Source: Chlorokybus atmophyticus (taxonomy: Eukaryota; Plantae; Mesostigma and Chlorokybus algae). Taken from it: a stretch of 37,535 nucleotides of DNA. The DNA is taken from positions 470,825 through 508,359 of the forward strand of contig RHPI01000671.1 of assembly GCA_009103225.1 (NCBI GenBank), given 5' to 3'. Made by a program: the position numbers and the translations under genes. Shown here in pieces: positions 32,517-37,535 of this stretch (the first letter of the stretch is position 1; each line of letters begins with the position of its first letter). The notes beneath the pieces are model-generated. The model was not told where the DNA came from. It was given only the letters and a program-made list of their open reading frames with translations, and ran no database searches.

Positions 32517-35146
32517 CGGCGATGGCGGATGTGGTTGCTTTGTTTTGAGATTTGCTTGTGTGGTTGTGGCTGTTGCTGGCTGCCTAGTGCTGTTAGCATG
32601 CATATGAGTATGACTCGATGGACCATGTTGCCCGTGTAATGAGTTAACCGATGACTCCATCCTTCCCGGGGGGAACATAGTGCTTAATCAATCATAACCC
32701 CTGCACACATGTCCAGACAATGCGTGTTCAAGTACAACCCGCCTGGCGATGGCGGCGCGTGCTGCTAATGCTAACTTAATGTGAGGAGTCAAATGTTGGA
32801 GCAAGTAACGCAGATAAATCCCTGACGGAAGCGGCGTAAGACGGTTGCTTGTGTTTAGCAACTTGCTATCAACTGGTCTGCTGCTGTGGGCCTAGCGTGC
32901 ACCTGCTGCTGCCGCTGTTATGCTGGTTGTTGCGCACTCTTGATACTTACATAACCTGTTTGTGTCGCACATCACACGCCGCCTCAGCCTCAACCATGCC
33001 ATGGTGTTATCAAGCAAGTACACGTCATGGTTGCATCGTTGCATTGTAATGTGTTGTAGATACAGAGTGCGTCAGGCCAATCATGCAAACACATTTTGGC
33101 ATACATGGCTAAGCGCTGCCTTGTTTCAACGCTTGCAAACCCCTTCCATGGACATAACGCACAAGTTGGCGCAGCTGCATGCATACACTCTGGTCGCATA
33201 ACAGTGGATGATTCAAGGGGCAGCAGGTGGCCTTGTGTACATTATACCAGCGCAAGTTTCTCCGAGCGCGCCTAATGTGTATTGCCCAGAAGTCCACACT
33301 TTCTTTGAGGAAAGTGCTGCTAACTTCAATGAACGGTTGTCAATGCTAACACCCTGGGGAACTACAACACTATTAAGCTCTCATGTCACCCTTGCACATT
33401 AATTTTCATGCATACTTATGCAAGCGCTCGAACGGCAAAGTCGGTGCAATACGTGCCGGTGAGTGTCTGCGGCACGCCGTACCCGTGTATACCCACATTT
33501 ACGGTGGCCACCAGCGGGAAAGGTGTAGGCCCAACATATGCCCCTGCCCCTGCCCACCCACTCGCGCTCGCAGTGCGCTACTCCAATGTGATGTTGTTTT
33601 GCGTGGTAAGTCATGTGCAGGGAGCTGGGGAAGGAGATGGTGGAATTAGCGTCGCCGACGTTGCCAAATGTCGGGGAGAGCGTGTGACTGCACGCGAAGC
33701 TCCGCGTAGCTGGTGCGATACATGCACGCGAGGGAGCGCTTCGCGCTGACGCTGGGGTTTGTGATAGCGGAGCTGTGGGAGCTGTCATGCGCGTACGTAC
33801 CGGCGGCGCAATGCAACGGTTATGAAGGCTTTTAGAGTCATACTTAAATAGTTAGAGCGGTCAGCACATCGAGGTGTATCTCAATTATGCTCGTAGGACT
33901 CACATGTGTCTATCAGTAGCTGATTGTGACTGATTTAGGAGTTGTACAGTAGTTGTGGCAGCTACAGTGGTTAAAACGGTTGGAGGTGTGGTTGGAGGGT
34001 GTCTAAGTGATCCTGACTTGTGTTGCAGCTGGCTGAGCGCAAGTCCCATGTTATTAGGAGTATACAATTACTTGGAGAGGCATCAAGACTTGGTTGATCA
34101 TTGCCTTCGTTGTATGCTTGCCTTGAGTGTTCACATGCTTGGATATGCTTGTGTAAAGTGTATGAGCGTGTGTCACACCTTGCGAAAGGACTTAGCCTCA
34201 TCTCCCCGTGCATCACATGCGAATTGCAAGAATAGAAGCACGTGCTTGAGACTAGGTTAGCTAAGACACGCGCTTGTTACTTGCGCTCAACTGCAGCTGG
34301 CATTCTCGAGACGTGAACACCAGTTGAAGGGGGTGTGATGCGCGCTTGTTGTGAGTGTCATATCATGCGTACGAGTATGTACACTAGCGGGGCAGCTTCG
34401 GAAGGATCGCGAGCTAGCATACATGCATGGAGGGAGCTACAACATGCGATAGTGAAGAAGGTGCAGCATGATGAGGCCATGACGAGCCTGTGGACGACAT
34501 CCTCGAGCAATGATAGGAGATGGCACGACAAAGCTAGACTGGCGCACTGCCATGTTGAACGAAGCGCAGCACACAGCGCACTGGTTGTTGTGAATCTCCC
34601 CCCACATCACGAAACCGCTCGCATCAGGCAACTGCCCACCGCAGTCCGCAAAAAGACGAGAAAGCATACCCTTCCATACACTCGACACATGCTCGCATGT
34701 ACACACGCATACACACTCTCTCAACCTTTTATGAAGGAAAGCGTGCTGGTCCACTGTCCCCAGCACACCTATGTCGCCCGCCAACATGTGGAAGCCGCCC
34801 TGGTACGAAGCACAAGTCTGTCACTCATTGTGTAAAATACGGTGGTCTTTAAGCAGCACGCATTTGTGTATAACAAAGAAGAGTGTGTGTGCTTGTGCTT
34901 GTGCATGTGCGGGCATCTCAACCATAACACAAACCTAGCTGTCTCTGAAGGCATCACCCGGCAACATGTTAGAGTATGTGGCGACACCGATATCCTCAAA
35001 CACGAGTCCCGCAGAAAGCTGCAGTATTGTGTTGTGTTCAGGTGTGCATGTGCGCACACATGCATGTGTGCATGCAATTGTACTGCATGTGTAAGATGCA
35101 CTATACGCCGTGCATGTACATGTGCGCGACCACGCCTCTCATATAC

Positions 35147-37344
35147 CGTATTGGCCTGGTGCAGGCATGATGAGTGTGTAGTACGCAAACAGTTTATCCT
35201 CTAGGCTGCCGTCGGCATCCAACATCTGCACCCAGTCGCCGTAGTTGGACCAACCTGCACATGTCCACACACTTTCTGGGACCAAATACATACACAAAAC
35301 ATAAATGCATCCAAGCACACAAACACGTACACTTAAGCATTGTGTGCACACACACGCACATTGACACCACCATCCCTATGCTTGGTAGCGTACGCGTGTA
35401 CATACCTGTGAAGTTGACGGGAATAGCATCTCTGTAGTTGTACACCTGCGGTGCGGATATCGTCATGCTGGAACCCTCCAGCACCTTTACCGTTGCCATG
35501 CCACTTGTACCCGTAACCTGTGCGTGAGCATGCGTGTGCGTGCGTGCGTGCAGCAGCAGCAGCAGCAGCAACAATCAAACCACAGCAAACTCACCGCCCC
35601 ATTGATGCGGAGTCCCGCGGGTCCGCTGACGACCGTCACATCAACGGTGCTTGGGGGCGGTGGTGATGCGGGGTGCCTGATTGTTGTGGCTTCACGCGCG
35701 CCGCCAATGCTTTGTTGTGCCTGTGGGTGGGTGATGTGGGTGGGTGGGGTGGGTGTGCGCGCACGTGAGGGCCGAGCGTGGGCATGCGCATGTATACTTG
35801 CATGTGCACACGCATGTATGCATGAACACGCGACTGTGCATGTACACCACAGTAGCACGACCACCACAAACAACATCTACGGCCACAGCTCTTTTTACCA
35901 TGGAACGGGGTCTGCGTTTCAAGTGAACACGCTGGTGAGGTCCGCGGGTCCTCCGAGCAGCGAGAACCGCAAGTACCGCGTGGCGCGCGCATCGCGGGGA
36001 GTATCTAACTTGACTAACTAAATACGTTATCTCAAATTTGTGGCACTTGGGGAGTCGTAATCGGTATGCCAGTAGTCCCTCCCCCAGTCCGACTGATCAA
36101 CTATGCTCCATTCGGAATTGCCCGTGCTGATTTCCAACTGAGGGAGCTCTTGTAGCCAACACCAGCAAAGGTTAACGAAATAAACAACCGACAGCCCGCC
36201 GGCTATAGAGAACTGAACGCGGTTGCCTGAGTCGACGCGGATCGTATCTGGACGCTGGCGGATTGTTGCCTTGCGCCTCCCTGCGCACACAACACGTCAG
36301 TGGGTGGTGCATTGAGGTTGAGTGTGTGCGTGGGGTTTGGGCGAGGGAGGAGGGGGGATGCGTGCACACAGATGTGCATCTGCCTCTGTGCATACATGTG
36401 TGCTTCTCTAAGTGCATGCCTGTGTATTTGGTGCACTACACAGACACGTGCCTGGGTCCCATGCGCCATGTGTCCTGCCAGCCGGGCCGGCGCAGTGCGG
36501 CGATGAGGTTTGCGTTGGGTCCGTAGTAGTCGGTGGCGTATTGCGGTAGGAGAATCTGCTCTATCTCACAATCAACATAATCTCCAGCTAAAAGGATTGT
36601 TGTGTCGGGAGGCGGGAAAACCTCCATAACGGACACGGCCCCATAGGGTGCGGACATCGCATAGGACCTTATCCCCCTCTCAGCTAAGAAAGGGTTAAGA
36701 GGCCTCCCGTTGAAACTGCGCTCCACTGAGAGAACGAACGCGCGCTTCCGCCTGTGTCGCGCCTCTCCCCTCCACGGCAGGTGTCTGCAGGCACGAGTGC
36801 GTGCAGACACCTGCCGTGAGACTGGTCGTGTGTAAGTGTGTACATGCGTGTTGCTTAAGTGTTGTTGTTACCTGTGTGAACGGGACCCAGTTCGCCTGCC
36901 TTTGAGTTCAGAGAACGGCGAGCTGTACATGTCTCGGCCATTGCTCACCGCGGGAAGTGGGTGCGTGATGATAAGTATACACATGCATATGTGCGTGTAC
37001 GTGGGAATGTGTGAATATGTAAACAGTTGGCACTCACATGGTCCAAGTGTGCCTGCCCAGTCGCGGATGAGCCCGTACTGGTCACCGTATGCGAAGTGCC
37101 TGTTGTACCCAAAGCTGTACGTCTCATCCGCCATCCGCACATACGCAAGTACTATCATTTTGTGCGCGCGCGCACATGCACCGGCACGCACCGCATGCAT
37201 CGCTCGCACCACAGGTACGCACGCACTCACCGCCCCCATATCGATAGAAGCTGATGTCCTTGAAGACGTCGAATCGTATGTGGTACGTAGCCCTTGCCGT
37301 CCTCACTTTCCTGCCGGCGTGCGTCACCTTCGCCAGGAGGGGGC
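35147..37344 (-). pseudogene. Eight-exon gene/pseudogene for an uncharacterised protein; 5' part may run off the window
   Basis: Exons 37344-37231, 37151-37038, 36943-36872, 36784-36452, 36280-35899, 35720-35595, 35517-35406, 35275-35147, with AG acceptors and GT donors (one GC donor). Intron phases join in frame at four junctions (YGG|VLAY, MGPR|EAQGN, INGA|VTG, NFT|ESVW). In-frame TAA, TAG, TGA and frameshifts in exons 3-6. Confidence 0.75.
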
Positions 37345-37482
37345 CTGTAAATTGTGTGTTTGAAGAGAAAGGACAGGAGGGTGCTTGTTTGTGTATGATG
37401 AGGGTGCCTGGCGCGTACGGAGAAAGCAACACAACTGTTTAGCATGCAACAGTGAGCGCACTTGCATATGCAAGCACGCAGC

Positions 37483-37484
<2 letters not shown>

Positions 37485-37535
<51 letters not shown>
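37485..37535 (+). repeat. (GA)n microsatellite, runs to the window end
   Basis: About 25 perfect GA units. Confidence 0.98.

Noticed and set aside
33500-33545. VATSGKGVGPTY resembling the adenylosuccinate synthetase GTT.KGIGP.Y motif
   Set aside because: No other PurA motifs nearby; short match likely by chance.
32700-35100. Several short ORFs and possible exons (e.g. LSAGLVFEDIGVATYSNMLPGDAF near 34930-35020 on the minus strand)
   Set aside because: Could continue the 35147-37344 gene but phases do not join cleanly and no family motif is recognisable.
35551-35574. (CAG)6 poly-Gln tract in ORF 35524-36021
   Set aside because: Lies in an intron of the minus-strand gene; the plus-strand ORF is a shadow frame.

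Overview
Eukaryotic, intron-containing DNA, probably from a green-lineage alga (inferred from the SLT-type transporter, the intron style and the retroelement types). About 26 kb (~3.5-29.0 kb) is a nest of Ty3/Gypsy LTR retrotransposons. Two different minus-strand elements, A (old, degenerate) and B (young, LTRs ~99% identical, inserted into the RT of A with a 4-bp TSD), share the architecture Gag-protease-C5 cytosine methyltransferase-RT-RNaseH-integrase-PHD finger. B has a 13-14 nt sequence just inside its 5' LTR that is the exact reverse complement of its predicted transcript 5' end, suggesting Tf1-like tRNA-independent self-priming, and it has an unusual asymmetric 3' terminus. The nest also holds two plus-strand chromodomain-type Gypsy remnants, one solo LTR and one LTR-like insertion. 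It lies between the first and last exons of a decayed SLC13/SLT-like transporter gene. Flanks carry an LRR (FBXL-type) pseudogene fragment, a CRE-like RLE non-LTR fragment, and an 8-exon pseudogene whose protein looks bacterial-type. Two poly-G/N tracts are likely assembly artefacts. All alignments and translations beyond the supplied ORF track were done by eye; no database searches were run.
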